Origin: Bdellovibrionota bacterium
GTDB taxonomy: Bacteria; Bdellovibrionota_C; UBA2361; JAAYZI01
Length of the DNA stretch: 64,000 nucleotides
Direction: 5' to 3'
NCBI GenBank assembly: GCA_050950765.1
Contig: JBMNIF010000003.1
Location: forward strand, 352,001 to 416,000
Part shown: in pieces, positions 10,859 to 22,163 of the stretch
Layout: every line of letters begins with the position of its first letter
Position numbering within the stretch: the first letter of the stretch is position 1
The notes under the pieces: model-generated
Database searches by the model: none
Seen by the model: only the letters and a program-made list of their open reading frames with translations
What the model was told of the DNA's origin: nothing
Made by a program: the position numbers and the translations under genes

Positions 10859-11629
10859 ATGACCATCTCGATAGTTACAACTTGTTATAACTCCGCCTCC
10901 ACTATAAGGGAGACGATTCAAAGCATCCTCTCTCAAGGTGATGAGAATGAGGTTGAATACATTGTTGTCGATGCGGGTTCAACTGACGGTACTATCGACA
11001 TAGTAAAAAGTTTTGGGAGTCGAATTAAGTTGATTGTTGAACCGAAGTGCTCTCAATCGGAAGGCATTAACATTGGACTCAAAGCCAGCACAGGCGAAAT
11101 AGTTGCTTTTTTAAATAGTGACGACACCTATTTGCCAGGAACGCTTAAGAAGGTTAAAGCTGCATTCGCCTCCTCCCCATCTGCCTCATGGTTAGCAGGG
11201 CAGTGTGAAATAGTAAACTCCAAAGGTGTCAAGCAAAACACTTGGATCTCTGCATATAAAAATTTTCTCCTAAAACGACATTCCTATTTCTTGCACCTTA
11301 TTGAGAATTATATCTGTCAACCTGCAGTATTTTTAAGACGTCAAGTTCTTGATAAATACGGCTACTTTTCAGCGCAAGAGTATCTAGCTATGGACTATGA
11401 GTACTGGTTGAGAATCGGCAACCATGAAGAACTGATAATCGTTAATGAACCTCTGGCCACCTTCCGCCGAAGCAAAAACACAAAGAGTAATACAAGTTAC
11501 AGAAAACAGTTTAGAGACGATCTACGATTGGGAGTGAGGTATGCGCTAAAGAGCAGAAAATATTTAGCCATACCGCTAAATTTTCTAGCGTACATTAAAA
11601 CCGTGACCATCTATTCCTTTCTTTATTAA
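10859..11629 (+). CDS. Glycosyltransferase family 2
   Basis: ISIVTTCYN, VVDAGSTDGT, FLNSDD, DYEYWLR. Confidence 0.92.
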   Translation: MTISIVTTCYNSASTIRETIQSILSQGDENEVEYIVVDAGSTDGTIDIVKSFGSRIKLIVEPKCSQSEGINIGLKASTGEIVAFLNSDDTYLPGTLKKVKAAFASSPSASWLAGQCEIVNSKGVKQNTWISAYKNFLLKRHSYFLHLIENYICQPAVFLRRQVLDKYGYFSAQEYLAMDYEYWLRIGNHEELIIVNEPLATFRRSKNTKSNTSYRKQFRDDLRLGVRYALKSRKYLAIPLNFLAYIKTVTIYSFLY

Positions 11630-11930
11630 AGAAAAGTTTCTTCTTCCCTCACGCATTTTTACTTATTAGTTTAGATTATCCGCACTACATAAATTAAAGT
11701 TAAGAGTATGCCTTTGCGGGAAGATGAATCGTACCTTTTAAATAGATCTAGAGTTACACCTGAAAAAATCAACTATTTTGATCAGGGAGTAAAGACAATC
11801 ATCTTTCTACAAATCAAAAATGGCGTTATAGTTGGCAAATTGAGATTAGTTGATTCGGCGTAATATTTGCCGTGCTATTCGATCAATATAAAACGTTCAG
11901 TGATATTTTTAGAGACAGATATAGCCGATC

Positions 11931-12821
11931 ATGACGCTTTTTTTACAATTATTATTAAACGGTTTGGTCAATGGTTGCGCCTTAGCATTGATAGCGCTGG
12001 GCTTCGCTCTGATCTATAACACGACTCGAATCTTTCACTTCGCACACGGCGGAATCTATGCCTTGTCAGGCTTTCTTTTCTATTCTTTCTACACTCAACG
12101 GGGGCTACCGATCTACGTAGCGGTTATTTTAACCATGTTACTAGCGGCAGTGCTGGGGATACTAATTGATCTACTCGTCTATCGACCGCTAGACCGTAAG
12201 GGCGCCTCTACCATGATGCACATGATCAGTTCTCTTGGTCTTTATGTCGTCGTCGTAAATATCATCTGTTTATGTTATGGTAATAGTTCTAAGGTTCTGA
12301 TCTCCGGATCACTTCCAACGGTTAAGATCGGAGGTTTTATCTTCAACGCCATTCAGTTATGGACCGTAGGAACATTTACAATCGTCTTTTTCGCATCTGC
12401 TCTCTTCTTACGCTTTTCAATTCTGGGTCTCAAGATTCGTGCGGCCCGAGACAACCCAACTTTACTGACCCTTTATGGATTCCATTCGAACGGGATCCGT
12501 CTCTTCGTTTTTGGTATAGGTTCCGCCTTATGCGCTTTAGCCGCTATCCTGATCGGACTAGATCTTGGAATCAATCCACATCACGGTATCGCTTCAGTCG
12601 TTAACTGTGCAGTTGCGTTAATCGTTGGCGGAATCGGAGTATTCGAAGGTGCCGCGTTAGGATCCCTACTACTAGGTGCCCTCCAAGGAATCGCTGTCTG
12701 GAAATGGTCTGCTAACTGGCAAGATATGGTAACTTTCACGATCCTTATTGTCTTCCTACTTTTTAGACCTAATGGAATTTTAGGACGTCGCGGACGTCTT
12801 GAAGAAGGAGTTGATGCATAA
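11931..12821 (+). CDS. livH: Liv-type (HAAT) ABC permease, cassette 1
   Basis: NGLVNGCALALIALGFALIY, FHFAHG, FRPNGILG. Confidence 0.88.
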   Translation: MTLFLQLLLNGLVNGCALALIALGFALIYNTTRIFHFAHGGIYALSGFLFYSFYTQRGLPIYVAVILTMLLAAVLGILIDLLVYRPLDRKGASTMMHMISSLGLYVVVVNIICLCYGNSSKVLISGSLPTVKIGGFIFNAIQLWTVGTFTIVFFASALFLRFSILGLKIRAARDNPTLLTLYGFHSNGIRLFVFGIGSALCALAAILIGLDLGINPHHGIASVVNCAVALIVGGIGVFEGAALGSLLLGALQGIAVWKWSANWQDMVTFTILIVFLLFRPNGILGRRGRLEEGVDA

Positions 12822-13702
12822 TGAATACGGAATACCTCCTAACTATTTTTATTTTTATCAACATCTACATCATTCTCTCTTCGTCATTGAATTTAATCGT
12901 CGGCTTAGGCGGAATGATGTCACTCTGTCATGCTGCCTTTTATGGCTTGGGCGCTTACATCGGGGCGTTAGCGCTGCTCAACTTAGGCTGCTCCTTTTTT
13001 CTTGCCACCCTGCTTGCCATCATCGGATGCTCCTTGTTAAGTATCGCCGTCGCTTATCTATCCTTACGGCTAAAAGGGGATTACTTTGTCCTCGCATCTC
13101 TCGGCTTTCAAAGCATCGTCTATATAATTTTACTTAATTGGGTCAAAGTAACTAAAGGTCCTTACGGTCTCAACGATATTCCATCACCACAATTTTTTGG
13201 ATTAGATTTTTCCGGTCACCATCGTGAGATGTGGTTTCTATTTACGACGATCGTCATGGTCGTTAGTGTTCTTTTGATCTCGTTTATTATGGACTCCCCT
13301 TTTGGCAGAACCCTTAAATCAATTCGGGATGATGAGATCGCTGCAGCCTCCTTAGGCAAGAACGTCCCTTCCTTTAAAATTCGCACCTTTGCTCTAGCTG
13401 CTGGATTCGCCGCCGTTGCAGGAATGTTGTATGCAGGATTTTCACGTTACATCAATCCATCTAGTTTTACGATCATGGAATCGGTCTTCATCTTATCGAT
13501 TATCATTATCGGAGGTGCTGGCAACTTACGGGGTCCGATCATCGGCTCGATTGTTCTTGTTATTCTACCTGAACTACTGAGAGAGTTGGGAATGAACGAT
13601 GCCGTCGCCGCTAATGTGCGACAGATTATTTACGGATTAGCGATCATTTTCATGATTCGGTGGCGACCACAAGGTTTGTTAGGGAATTATACATTTTCAT
13701 AG
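12821..13702 (+). CDS. livM: Liv-type ABC permease, cassette 1
   Basis: SLCHAAFYGLGAY, RLKGDYF, SPFGRTLKSIRDDEIAA, RPQGL. Confidence 0.88.
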   Translation: MNTEYLLTIFIFINIYIILSSSLNLIVGLGGMMSLCHAAFYGLGAYIGALALLNLGCSFFLATLLAIIGCSLLSIAVAYLSLRLKGDYFVLASLGFQSIVYIILLNWVKVTKGPYGLNDIPSPQFFGLDFSGHHREMWFLFTTIVMVVSVLLISFIMDSPFGRTLKSIRDDEIAAASLGKNVPSFKIRTFALAAGFAAVAGMLYAGFSRYINPSSFTIMESVFILSIIIIGGAGNLRGPIIGSIVLVILPELLRELGMNDAVAANVRQIIYGLAIIFMIRWRPQGLLGNYTFS

Positions 13703-13713
13703 AAGAGTCCTCG

Positions 13714-14478
13714 ATGCCGATACTAGAACTAAAAAACCTGTCCAAACAGTTTGGGGGCGTGAAAGCGGTCGAAAACCTCTCACTCAACTTTAGCGCTGGA
13801 CAAATTACCGCCCTAATCGGTCCTAACGGCGCTGGCAAGACTACGGTTTTTAACTTAATTGGCGGTCTTATCCGCCCTGATTCTGGTAGCATCTCTTTTG
13901 AAAGGAAAAACCTTGTCGGCTTAACGCCTTGGCAAATTGCAGATCGAGGCATCGGTCGCCTTTTTCAAGACGTCCGCTTATTTCGGAAGATGACGGTTCT
14001 AGAAAATGTGCTGACCGCCTATAAGTTTCAACAGGGCGAATCTATCTGGCGTGCGCTATTTGCCCCATGGACGGAGATTAAGCCGGAAAAAGAGCGTCGT
14101 AAACACGCTATGGATCTACTTGAAAAAGTCGGGCTAGCAGAAAAAGCTGAGTCGCCCTCTGAAAAACTTTCTTATGGACAACAGAAACTCCTCGCTATCG
14201 CCCGACTCCTCGCCGCCGATGCTAAAGTCTTATTACTAGACGAGCCGACTGCCGGTGTTAATCGTGTTATGATCGAAGAGATACTCAAGACGATTCAACT
14301 TCTAGCACAAGAAGGAAAAACTATTGTATTCGTCGAACACAATATGGAGGTCGTGCGGAGCTTGGCGCAAACAGTGGTCTTCATGATCACGGGTCGCGCA
14401 ACCGCTTCCGGCACTCCAGACGAAGTCTTATCCAGCTCAGAAGTTAAGACCGCCTATATTGGGAGGGTAAAATGTTAA
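13714..14478 (+). CDS. livG: Liv-type ABC ATPase, cassette 1
   Basis: GPNGAGKTT, LSYGQQK, LLDEPTAG, VEHNM; start MPILEL at 13714. Confidence 0.88.
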   Translation: MPILELKNLSKQFGGVKAVENLSLNFSAGQITALIGPNGAGKTTVFNLIGGLIRPDSGSISFERKNLVGLTPWQIADRGIGRLFQDVRLFRKMTVLENVLTAYKFQQGESIWRALFAPWTEIKPEKERRKHAMDLLEKVGLAEKAESPSEKLSYGQQKLLAIARLLAADAKVLLLDEPTAGVNRVMIEEILKTIQLLAQEGKTIVFVEHNMEVVRSLAQTVVFMITGRATASGTPDEVLSSSEVKTAYIGRVKC

Positions 14479-15161
14479 AATTAACAGAGGTCTCTGCTGG
14501 CTACGGACAAAAACAGATTTTACATAACATCTCCCTCGAGATTAAGTCGGGAGAGATTGTAGCCTTATTAGGTCCTAATGGCGCCGGTAAGTCTACACTA
14601 TTAAAAGTGATGAGTGGCTTATTGACACCATTTTCAGGCGATGTATGTTTTAATCAGCAGAAAATTACTAACCTCCCCGCGTACCGCCGAGCGAGAATCG
14701 GGATCGGTTTTGTGATGCAGGAAGCGCCCCTCTTTGAAAGCTTGACGATTGCGGAACATCGGAGGTTAGCGGGGGGAGGTACCGGCGGAACTGATGCAGA
14801 GTTTCTTGAGGCTGCAGCCAATAAGTACGGCGGCGTTCTTTCCGGTGGCGAACGACGTTGCTTAGCAATAGAGCTTTGCTTAAGCCGACACCCTAAACTC
14901 TTGCTCTTGGACGAACCATCAGCGGGAGTTTCACCAAACGTTGCCTTAGAGATTTATGCTTGGATAAAAAGCCGTATTGAAGGCACAGCAACTGCCGCTC
15001 TTGTTGTGGAACACAACCTCCGTTTTTTGCCTGACTTTGCTACGCGTCTGACTATTATGCGACAAGGAACGGTTGCTTACGATTCGCTCCCGCTGTCGAC
15101 TTTACATAATTCAGAACAGATGTTTGAGTTATTTTATGGAAATAATAAATCAACTGGATAA
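14472..15161 (+). CDS. livF: Liv-type ABC ATPase, cassette 1 (short helical subdomain)
   Basis: GPNGAGKST, LSGGE, LLLDEPSAG, VEHN. Confidence 0.85.
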   Translation: MLKLTEVSAGYGQKQILHNISLEIKSGEIVALLGPNGAGKSTLLKVMSGLLTPFSGDVCFNQQKITNLPAYRRARIGIGFVMQEAPLFESLTIAEHRRLAGGGTGGTDAEFLEAAANKYGGVLSGGERRCLAIELCLSRHPKLLLLDEPSAGVSPNVALEIYAWIKSRIEGTATAALVVEHNLRFLPDFATRLTIMRQGTVAYDSLPLSTLHNSEQMFELFYGNNKSTG

Positions 15162-15222
15162 CAGGTATAATTTATCAGCGTAGTGTTTTGATCAGATCAA
15201 CTATAAAAAAAGAGGTATTGAA

Positions 15223-16344
15223 ATGAATAAGAATAAACCCGCTCTTTTTGTCGTTTTAGCGCTCGTCCTTATCGGAGCCACTCTCATTCTTTTTAGCAAA
15301 CAGGATAATAACGGCACCACTGCTGACGGTACTATTAAAATTGTTTTAAGTCTCTCTCTGACAGGAGACTTCTCCTATTTCGGAAATGAAGTAAAAAATG
15401 CCTTCAATCTCCTTGAAAAAAAAGCAAAAGCTAACAATATCCAATTCATTTACGAAGATAATCAAAGTGAGATAAACCGCGGGGTAACTATCTTCAACAA
15501 GTATGCCTCTGATAAATCCGTAGCGCTCTTTGTCACTAACAACACCCCGTTCAGCGCACCTATCCGAGAACTTGCTGATCGCGATAAGAAAAACCACATG
15601 GCGTTAATTACAGGAGCTGTAGGTTTCCCCAATAACTATAAATACGTCTTTCGCGATGCCATCACCCAAGACCAAGAAGGTGCAATGCTTGCAAACTACA
15701 CACTGAATAACACTAACTATAAAAAGTTAGCTTTGTGTGCAATGAACGACGATTACGGATATGACGGACTCAGAGAATTTAAGAATATTACAAGTGCAAA
15801 CGGCTTGAGCATCGTTGCCGAAGAGTACTACACGACTGGGAATAACGACTTTAAAAATATCATTGTAAAGCTACTTGCAGGAGAACCCGATATGATCTTT
15901 TTTGTCGGTCGAGAACAATCTTATGTAAGTTTCATTAACCAATTACGTGAACGAGATGCAACTATTCCCTTGTACTGCACCGATTCATTTGAATCCCAAA
16001 CCGTTTATGATGGGATCGGCGCGCATGTAAACGGGGTGGTTTTCGTAAGCTACCACAACGATCTGGAAAGCGAAAAGTCAAAAGACTTTATAACCCGTTT
16101 CGAACAATCTTTCGGCACCAAACCTGGCATCTACGCTATTGATGCCTACGTCTGTGCAGAATACATCATCGATTGCATCGCTAAAGGCGCTCGCGATACA
16201 GAATCGCTGAATAAGGCGCTTTCAGAGTTAGAACATGACTCCTTCCTGAAAGGGCACATTTACGCAAAGAACCGAAGCATCGTTTCGAATCTTGCACTCT
16301 ATAAAATCAATTCAGAAGGTAAGAAAGAGCTTATTCACAAGTAG
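15223..16344 (+). CDS. LivJ/K-type substrate-binding protein, cassette 1
   Basis: N-terminal hydrophobic anchor, LSLTG, YEDNQS, NDDYG, DFKNIIVKL; ends the Liv operon. Confidence 0.85.
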   Translation: MNKNKPALFVVLALVLIGATLILFSKQDNNGTTADGTIKIVLSLSLTGDFSYFGNEVKNAFNLLEKKAKANNIQFIYEDNQSEINRGVTIFNKYASDKSVALFVTNNTPFSAPIRELADRDKKNHMALITGAVGFPNNYKYVFRDAITQDQEGAMLANYTLNNTNYKKLALCAMNDDYGYDGLREFKNITSANGLSIVAEEYYTTGNNDFKNIIVKLLAGEPDMIFFVGREQSYVSFINQLRERDATIPLYCTDSFESQTVYDGIGAHVNGVVFVSYHNDLESEKSKDFITRFEQSFGTKPGIYAIDAYVCAEYIIDCIAKGARDTESLNKALSELEHDSFLKGHIYAKNRSIVSNLALYKINSEGKKELIHK

Positions 16345-16697
16345 ACAACTAACGTAGCTTCCTCTCCTTGTGAAACAACACTACTTCTAGACAACTAAAG
16401 CTAGGGGCGCACTCTTTTTTATTAGCCACTCCAGCTTAGGGATAGTTACTATAATTTTAACTACACAGATAGAAGTCATTAAATGTAATTTTAATTAATT
16501 ACAAACTAACAGTGTGATATTAGCTGGCTTTTATACGCCATTAACTGGAGCTAATTACCTGAAGTAACTAGATCAAAAATAGTTAAGTCACGGGAAGATA
16601 GTGGTTATTAAAAACACCCCCACCTCTTACTAGCTTAAGAATCAATGTATGTTAAAATCTGTAACAACAATTATAAGGAAAATATAAGGAAAAAGAG

Positions 16698-17999
16698 ATG
16701 GACGGTGATGTTAGTCTGCACGATAACAATTTAAGAAAAAATGTTCCACCTAGTGGCTATGTTCCAATTGTACATGGATTAAGTTCAGAAAGCTTCAATA
16801 AGTCGCTACGAAATTCACTACAAGACTTTAAAATAAAAAGCTCGCCAAGAATCACAATTCTTACCGAAATTGCTAATAAAATTGCTGACAAAATTGCTGC
16901 ACGCAATCTTAAAAATTTTGAAAACAGATACGGCGAAAAAATTGGCTCATTCGTGTCACTTGGCTCTTCTACGACGGAACATATTGGATACTCATACAAA
17001 TTAGAACTTGGAAAAGATCAAAACGGAAAAGATGTCGCTATCTTGATACCTACTGATAAATATAATTCTTTTGGAGAACTACAAGAAAGGCGTAAAAGTA
17101 ATCTTTGGGGAAGTCCAGATGAATTTATGGCGCACAAAACCTTAGCCAATGTTGGAACAAGTTATTTCATGTTCGTTAATATGTTTAATATGGATGAATA
17201 TGTTGGAACATACTTGATATGCACCACTAAACATAACAACGGCAAGACCGGTTTATTTGCGATCTCGGGATATGTAAATTGCGCCGATAACGATGGCAAG
17301 CCTGAGGGAAGTATACAAAGAACTGCTATCAAGGAAGTGCGTGAGGAAGCTTTAATTATTGGTGAAAAATGGCATCATTGGAACTTTAGCGATGACGATA
17401 ATAAAGGATTCCAAGTTTTCGGTAAAACTCATACTCCTGATGGCTCAGAGATAAAAGTAACTCCTTTAAGGGATATTCCCGCAGTTTTTGGCAATATAAT
17501 TCCAGTTATAGTTGATGGCAAGGTGGGCGGTGGTTATTTCATAGATGAACGTTCATGTAGTGCACAATATATTGCTTGTGGTATTGCTAATATAGATTTG
17601 GCGGGGAATTATACTTTTGGGCAATCAAGTAAGCACTGCGACGAAACTACTCTTTGGCAATCAGAGAGCAGACATATTGACAACAAGATACATGAAGTTT
17701 TTGCCGAAGATGGTCTTGTTCTATTACAGGTGGATGAATATTTAACAAACTTTACAGGTAAAGCTTTTAAGTGTATCGGTGGAACTCTTAGACCATTATC
17801 AGACCAAGAAAAAGCTAACATGTACTTATCGGAAGCATTTAATGTTGAGATAGTTGAGGTTATAGAAGGTGGCAATAACTATAAACTTGCTTGGACGACG
17901 GGCGATATATCTTACGAAAATTTTTTAAAAAAATACGGCATTCACTGCGACAAGAGTCATAAAACCCCAGTTCAGGAACCTCTCACAACTCCGCTTTAA
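16698..17999 (+). CDS. Hypothetical protein with a Nudix-box-like motif
   Basis: 433-aa ORF with AAGGA RBS; ISGYV...RTAIKEVREEALI resembles the Nudix REUxEE signature. Confidence 0.65.
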   Translation: MDGDVSLHDNNLRKNVPPSGYVPIVHGLSSESFNKSLRNSLQDFKIKSSPRITILTEIANKIADKIAARNLKNFENRYGEKIGSFVSLGSSTTEHIGYSYKLELGKDQNGKDVAILIPTDKYNSFGELQERRKSNLWGSPDEFMAHKTLANVGTSYFMFVNMFNMDEYVGTYLICTTKHNNGKTGLFAISGYVNCADNDGKPEGSIQRTAIKEVREEALIIGEKWHHWNFSDDDNKGFQVFGKTHTPDGSEIKVTPLRDIPAVFGNIIPVIVDGKVGGGYFIDERSCSAQYIACGIANIDLAGNYTFGQSSKHCDETTLWQSESRHIDNKIHEVFAEDGLVLLQVDEYLTNFTGKAFKCIGGTLRPLSDQEKANMYLSEAFNVEIVEVIEGGNNYKLAWTTGDISYENFLKKYGIHCDKSHKTPVQEPLTTPL

Positions 18000-19141
18000 T
18001 CACCCTTACCGCTATAAATAATTGGCTGATCGTTTTTGCTTTTAATTATCTTTACTGCAAAATCTTGCAGGACGTCGTTTTTTTCATCGAATATTAAGCA
18101 CCCCGTCGCACCTTCCTTAACGTCAATCTGTCGTATCGCTTCAGTCAGAGAGATCTTATTCAATCTATGAACTCTTTCCGTTTCTAACGCTACGGTAGCA
18201 GCATCGAAAGCAGTAGCAGCATAATAGTTGGCATTACCTCCATATCTCTCACTAAACTCCTTAAAAAACGGATGCGCAGCACCGCTTATTTCACCGTTAT
18301 TAAGAACCCGTGAACTAAAGATAGCGCCTTCGGATTCAGGGATTTCAAATACTGCACCATCTTCAAACATTGTCGTACCCAGAATAATGCCAGCATACCC
18401 TACCTCTCTCAACTGCTGAATAATTTTAGGTTGTTCTTTTTGTCCAACCAAGAAGATATAGCTAGGGTCGCCTTGTAACACCTTCGTAATTACATCTCGA
18501 TAATTTAACGACGAGGCGTTGTAAGACTCCATCCCCACCACCTCTTCACCGTGAGAAAGGATCGTCTTATTAAAGGCATTTGCTAACCCCAAGCCATACT
18601 CATTGTTGATATGTAAAATACCTACTGAATCTGTTGCCTTTTTTTGATTAAGATAATAATTCGCAACCGTTCCTCCCTCTGCATCGTCTGAAACACACGT
18701 TCTATAAATATAAGGAGAAAAGCCACGAAGATTTGGTGTCGTCGCCGTTGGAAAGATATAGAGCGTATCGTCCTCTTTTTTATTAGCCACCGCCATTGCA
18801 ACTCCGCTCAACATAGGTCCGACAATAACATTGATGCCTTTTGCTCTTAAAGTATTTGAAGCAATGAGACCTTCCTTGACATCACCTTTACTATTTTCAA
18901 AAACGACCGTTGCGACAAGTGCAGAATCCGAATATTTCTTATTAAAAAGATCAACGGCTAACAGTATCCCTTTTTGAGCCGACTCCCCGTATGGCGCAGC
19001 AGCGCCTGTCAGCGGCAATATCGCACCCACCTGTATTGTCTTTTCGTCCCCCTCCTTTTGTGCTCGATCTCTTATGCCCAAAAATAGTAATAAAATTGCA
19101 GCACAAAGTATGACAATAAAAATAAGAGCTTTCTTCTTCAT
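17996..19141 (-). CDS. LivJ/K-type substrate-binding protein, cassette 2
   Basis: IQVGAILPLTGAAAPYG, IVGPMLS, NNEYG, YAATAFDA, GATG. Confidence 0.88.
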   Translation of the reverse strand: MKKKALIFIVILCAAILLLFLGIRDRAQKEGDEKTIQVGAILPLTGAAAPYGESAQKGILLAVDLFNKKYSDSALVATVVFENSKGDVKEGLIASNTLRAKGINVIVGPMLSGVAMAVANKKEDDTLYIFPTATTPNLRGFSPYIYRTCVSDDAEGGTVANYYLNQKKATDSVGILHINNEYGLGLANAFNKTILSHGEEVVGMESYNASSLNYRDVITKVLQGDPSYIFLVGQKEQPKIIQQLREVGYAGIILGTTMFEDGAVFEIPESEGAIFSSRVLNNGEISGAAHPFFKEFSERYGGNANYYAATAFDAATVALETERVHRLNKISLTEAIRQIDVKEGATGCLIFDEKNDVLQDFAVKIIKSKNDQPIIYSGKGD

Positions 19142-19618
19142 CTTTTCACCTTATATTTTACCTTATAATAACGGTGGTACTCTGTATGGATAGCAATAAA
19201 TAAAAATCATTCGTTTAAGATCTTCTATATTATCTGTTTATTGTATGTGCAGAACATCTATCCTCACTTGCTGCTATAAATCTCGCGCTAATTTTAAATT
19301 TACTAATTACTCTTTATAAGTTCTTCTTTACAAGTTTCTCTTTGCAAGGATTGCTTAAAACCTTTTATATCCAATTTATTGTGATTAGGTAAGCGCGACA
19401 AACACAGCAACCTGCTTGTCCCGTTGTAACCTCACTATAAATGAAAAATCAAGTATTTTTCCAAATAAGTTGAGATGAGGCTTTGCTTGTGGACTTAGAA
19501 AGAGTATTTTAAAACTACACGCCATTATGCGCAGCGCTTATATAGGGGTATGCTCTTTTTAAAGAAAGCCACTTTAACCAAAAAAGACAAAAGTTACTTT
19601 AACGGGAGTGCTAGTTAA

Positions 19619-20503
19619 ATGACCTTCTTCTTACAACTATTTTGCAACGGGGTTATCCAAGGAGCGTTGATAGCGTGTCTAGCTGCAGGATTCGGGCTCG
19701 TCTATCGTTCCTTTCGAATTTTTCATATCGCAATGGGTGCACAATTTGTCTTCTCCTGTTACGCCTTTTATTTCTGCTCTATCGAGATGAAGTTGCCCAT
19801 GACGGCAGCAGCGTCAGGTGCCTTGCTTCTTTCTATACTCTTTGCCTGTTTGATCGAATGGATAGTTTATTATCCGTTTTATAAAAAGCAGGCATCGGGA
19901 GGCGCAGTTATGATCGCCTCCTTAGGAGTAATGATTATCGTTGAAAATATTATCGCCTTATCATTCGGCAACGAGGTCAAAACGATATCTAATCTCTTAG
20001 AACCTTCGATTGTTTGGGGAGGTTTACGCTTCACCCGCATCCAACTTATTCACCTCTTTACTGGAATAGCGCTTTTCTGCGGAGTGGGAGTTTTGCTTCG
20101 GTATAACCGATATTTTAAAGCGATTTGGGCGATGGGCGATCAGCCGGAATTGATACCGATTCTCGGATTACCACTGAAACGGTTGAGAATTTTAATAATG
20201 GTTTTAGGGGGGATTATGATCGCACTGCCCGCCATGCTTATCTCCTATGATACCGGTATGAATCCGCATCTAGGAATGTCTTATCTTTTACTCGCTGCCG
20301 TAGCTATGTTTTTTGGTGGTGCAGACCGATATTTTGCTTGGGGAGTGGGAGCACTTATCCTCTCCATCTTACAAAGCATCTCCATCTGGAAGTTCTCTGC
20401 TCGTTGGATCGAATTAGTTACCTTTGGTGTCCTTATCTTTGTGCTACTTTTTAGACCACAGGGATTATTCGGAACACGTAAACGACTGGAGGAGCAATCA
20501 TGA
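19619..20503 (+). CDS. livH: Liv-type ABC permease, cassette 2
   Basis: NGVIQG...GFGLVY, FHIAMG, FRPQGLFG. Confidence 0.87.
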   Translation: MTFFLQLFCNGVIQGALIACLAAGFGLVYRSFRIFHIAMGAQFVFSCYAFYFCSIEMKLPMTAAASGALLLSILFACLIEWIVYYPFYKKQASGGAVMIASLGVMIIVENIIALSFGNEVKTISNLLEPSIVWGGLRFTRIQLIHLFTGIALFCGVGVLLRYNRYFKAIWAMGDQPELIPILGLPLKRLRILIMVLGGIMIALPAMLISYDTGMNPHLGMSYLLLAAVAMFFGGADRYFAWGVGALILSILQSISIWKFSARWIELVTFGVLIFVLLFRPQGLFGTRKRLEEQS

Positions 20504-21369
20504 ATTATCTTCTTGATATTGGAATCATGATCGGCATCTATTGCATGCTTGCTTACTCAGCTAATTTACTGCTGGGGTTTGGCGGATTATTAACCATGAC
20601 TCAAGCGGCATTTTACGGAATGGGAGCTTACGTATATGCATTACTTTCACTTCACTATCACCTACCGTTTGTTGTAACTCTACTTTGTGCAATAGCTTTT
20701 TGTGCAATCATCGGCTGGCTTTTTGGTCTTGCTGTGCTTCGCTTCAGGAATGAGACATTTGTTCTTGCTACCATCGGTTTTCAGATGATTGTCTTCGTTA
20801 TCCTGTATAACTGGATAGACTTAACAAAAGGCCCTTATGGCATTTCTGGTATTCCAAAACCGTCATTCTTTGGAGTAACGATAGAAAGTGTTCCTCAATT
20901 TTTTGTCTTTACTACGGTATTATCTCTAATTGTGGTGGGATTCTGGGCTCTAATCTACCGTAGTTCGTATGCCCTAACTCTCAAAGCCTTAAGAGATAAT
21001 GAGAAAGCGGCGCAAACGTTAGGGATTTCACCTAGACAACAATATATCCGCGCCATGATCATAAGTAGCGCCATCACAGCCATCCCCGGTGTCTGTTTTG
21101 CCGCTTACGTAACATACATTGATCCAACACCGTTTATTTTACAGGAGAGCATTTTTATCGCATCAATTTTATTAGTGGGAGGCTCTGGAAATCTTAAGGG
21201 ACCAATCTGCGGCGTTCTATTCTTACTAATACTTCCTGTAATACTCCGTTTCATTGGAATTCCAGATGTAGTAGCTGACAATATGCGAGAGATTATTTAC
21301 GGCATCTTGTTGATCCTCTTAATGTACTTCAAGCCACAAGGTCTAGCGGGAGATTATGCAATCGAATGA
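20500..21369 (+). CDS. livM: Liv-type ABC permease, cassette 2
   Basis: QAAFYGMGAY, TKGPYGI, LKALRDNEKAA, KPQGL. Confidence 0.87.
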   Translation: MNYLLDIGIMIGIYCMLAYSANLLLGFGGLLTMTQAAFYGMGAYVYALLSLHYHLPFVVTLLCAIAFCAIIGWLFGLAVLRFRNETFVLATIGFQMIVFVILYNWIDLTKGPYGISGIPKPSFFGVTIESVPQFFVFTTVLSLIVVGFWALIYRSSYALTLKALRDNEKAAQTLGISPRQQYIRAMIISSAITAIPGVCFAAYVTYIDPTPFILQESIFIASILLVGGSGNLKGPICGVLFLLILPVILRFIGIPDVVADNMREIIYGILLILLMYFKPQGLAGDYAIE

Positions 21370-22163
21370 AAACGAATAACACTACAAATCATAACGCTCC
21401 AAAACTTGTCACACACGGCGTTTCTAAGTTTTTTGGCGATATAAGAGCGCTTCACAATATCGATATAACGATCTTCCCAAGTAAGATATCGGCGTTTGTC
21501 GGCCCAAACGGAGCAGGAAAAACAACCTTGTTTCATGTTCTTAGTGGAGATCTGAAGCCAGATAGCGGAAACATTATCTTTAATGGAGAAGAGATAGCGG
21601 GGCTTTCACCTTGGAAGATCGCAAGAAGAAAAATAGGAAAATTGTATCAAGATGTTCGTGTTTTTAAAGATATGACTCTTTGTGAAAACGTTCAAGTTGC
21701 CCTACTCTCCGAAACGGAGTACCGACTGACATCTGCCTTTTCTCTATTAAATGATCGTGAAAAGAAACATAAGGAAGAGGCGCTGTACTGGCTAGAATAT
21801 GTTGGATTGGCTGATCTAGCGAACGATCAAGCGGGTAAACTTTCCTACGGTCAACAAAAGCTACTATCGATAGCGCGACTTATTGCCCACAAATCTCGTC
21901 TACTCCTTCTAGATGAACCAACTGCTGCTTTATCACCTGTAATGATACAAAAGATGATAGAGCTGATTCGGAAATTAGTTCTCGAACAAAATTGCTCGGT
22001 AGCGTTAATTGAACACAATATGAATGTCGTTAAGGAATTGGCGCACTATACTTATTTCATGCATGAAGGAAGTATATTTTGTCACGGAACGCAGGAATCT
22101 GTTTTGGAAAATTCTGAAGTTCGAGAGCTCTATATGGGGCTTACGGGGAGCGCTAAGAGATGA
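21366..22163 (+). CDS. livG: Liv-type ABC ATPase, cassette 2
   Basis: GPNGAGKTT, LSYGQQK, LLLDEPTA, IEHNM. Confidence 0.87.
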   Translation: MKTNNTTNHNAPKLVTHGVSKFFGDIRALHNIDITIFPSKISAFVGPNGAGKTTLFHVLSGDLKPDSGNIIFNGEEIAGLSPWKIARRKIGKLYQDVRVFKDMTLCENVQVALLSETEYRLTSAFSLLNDREKKHKEEALYWLEYVGLADLANDQAGKLSYGQQKLLSIARLIAHKSRLLLLDEPTAALSPVMIQKMIELIRKLVLEQNCSVALIEHNMNVVKELAHYTYFMHEGSIFCHGTQESVLENSEVRELYMGLTGSAKR

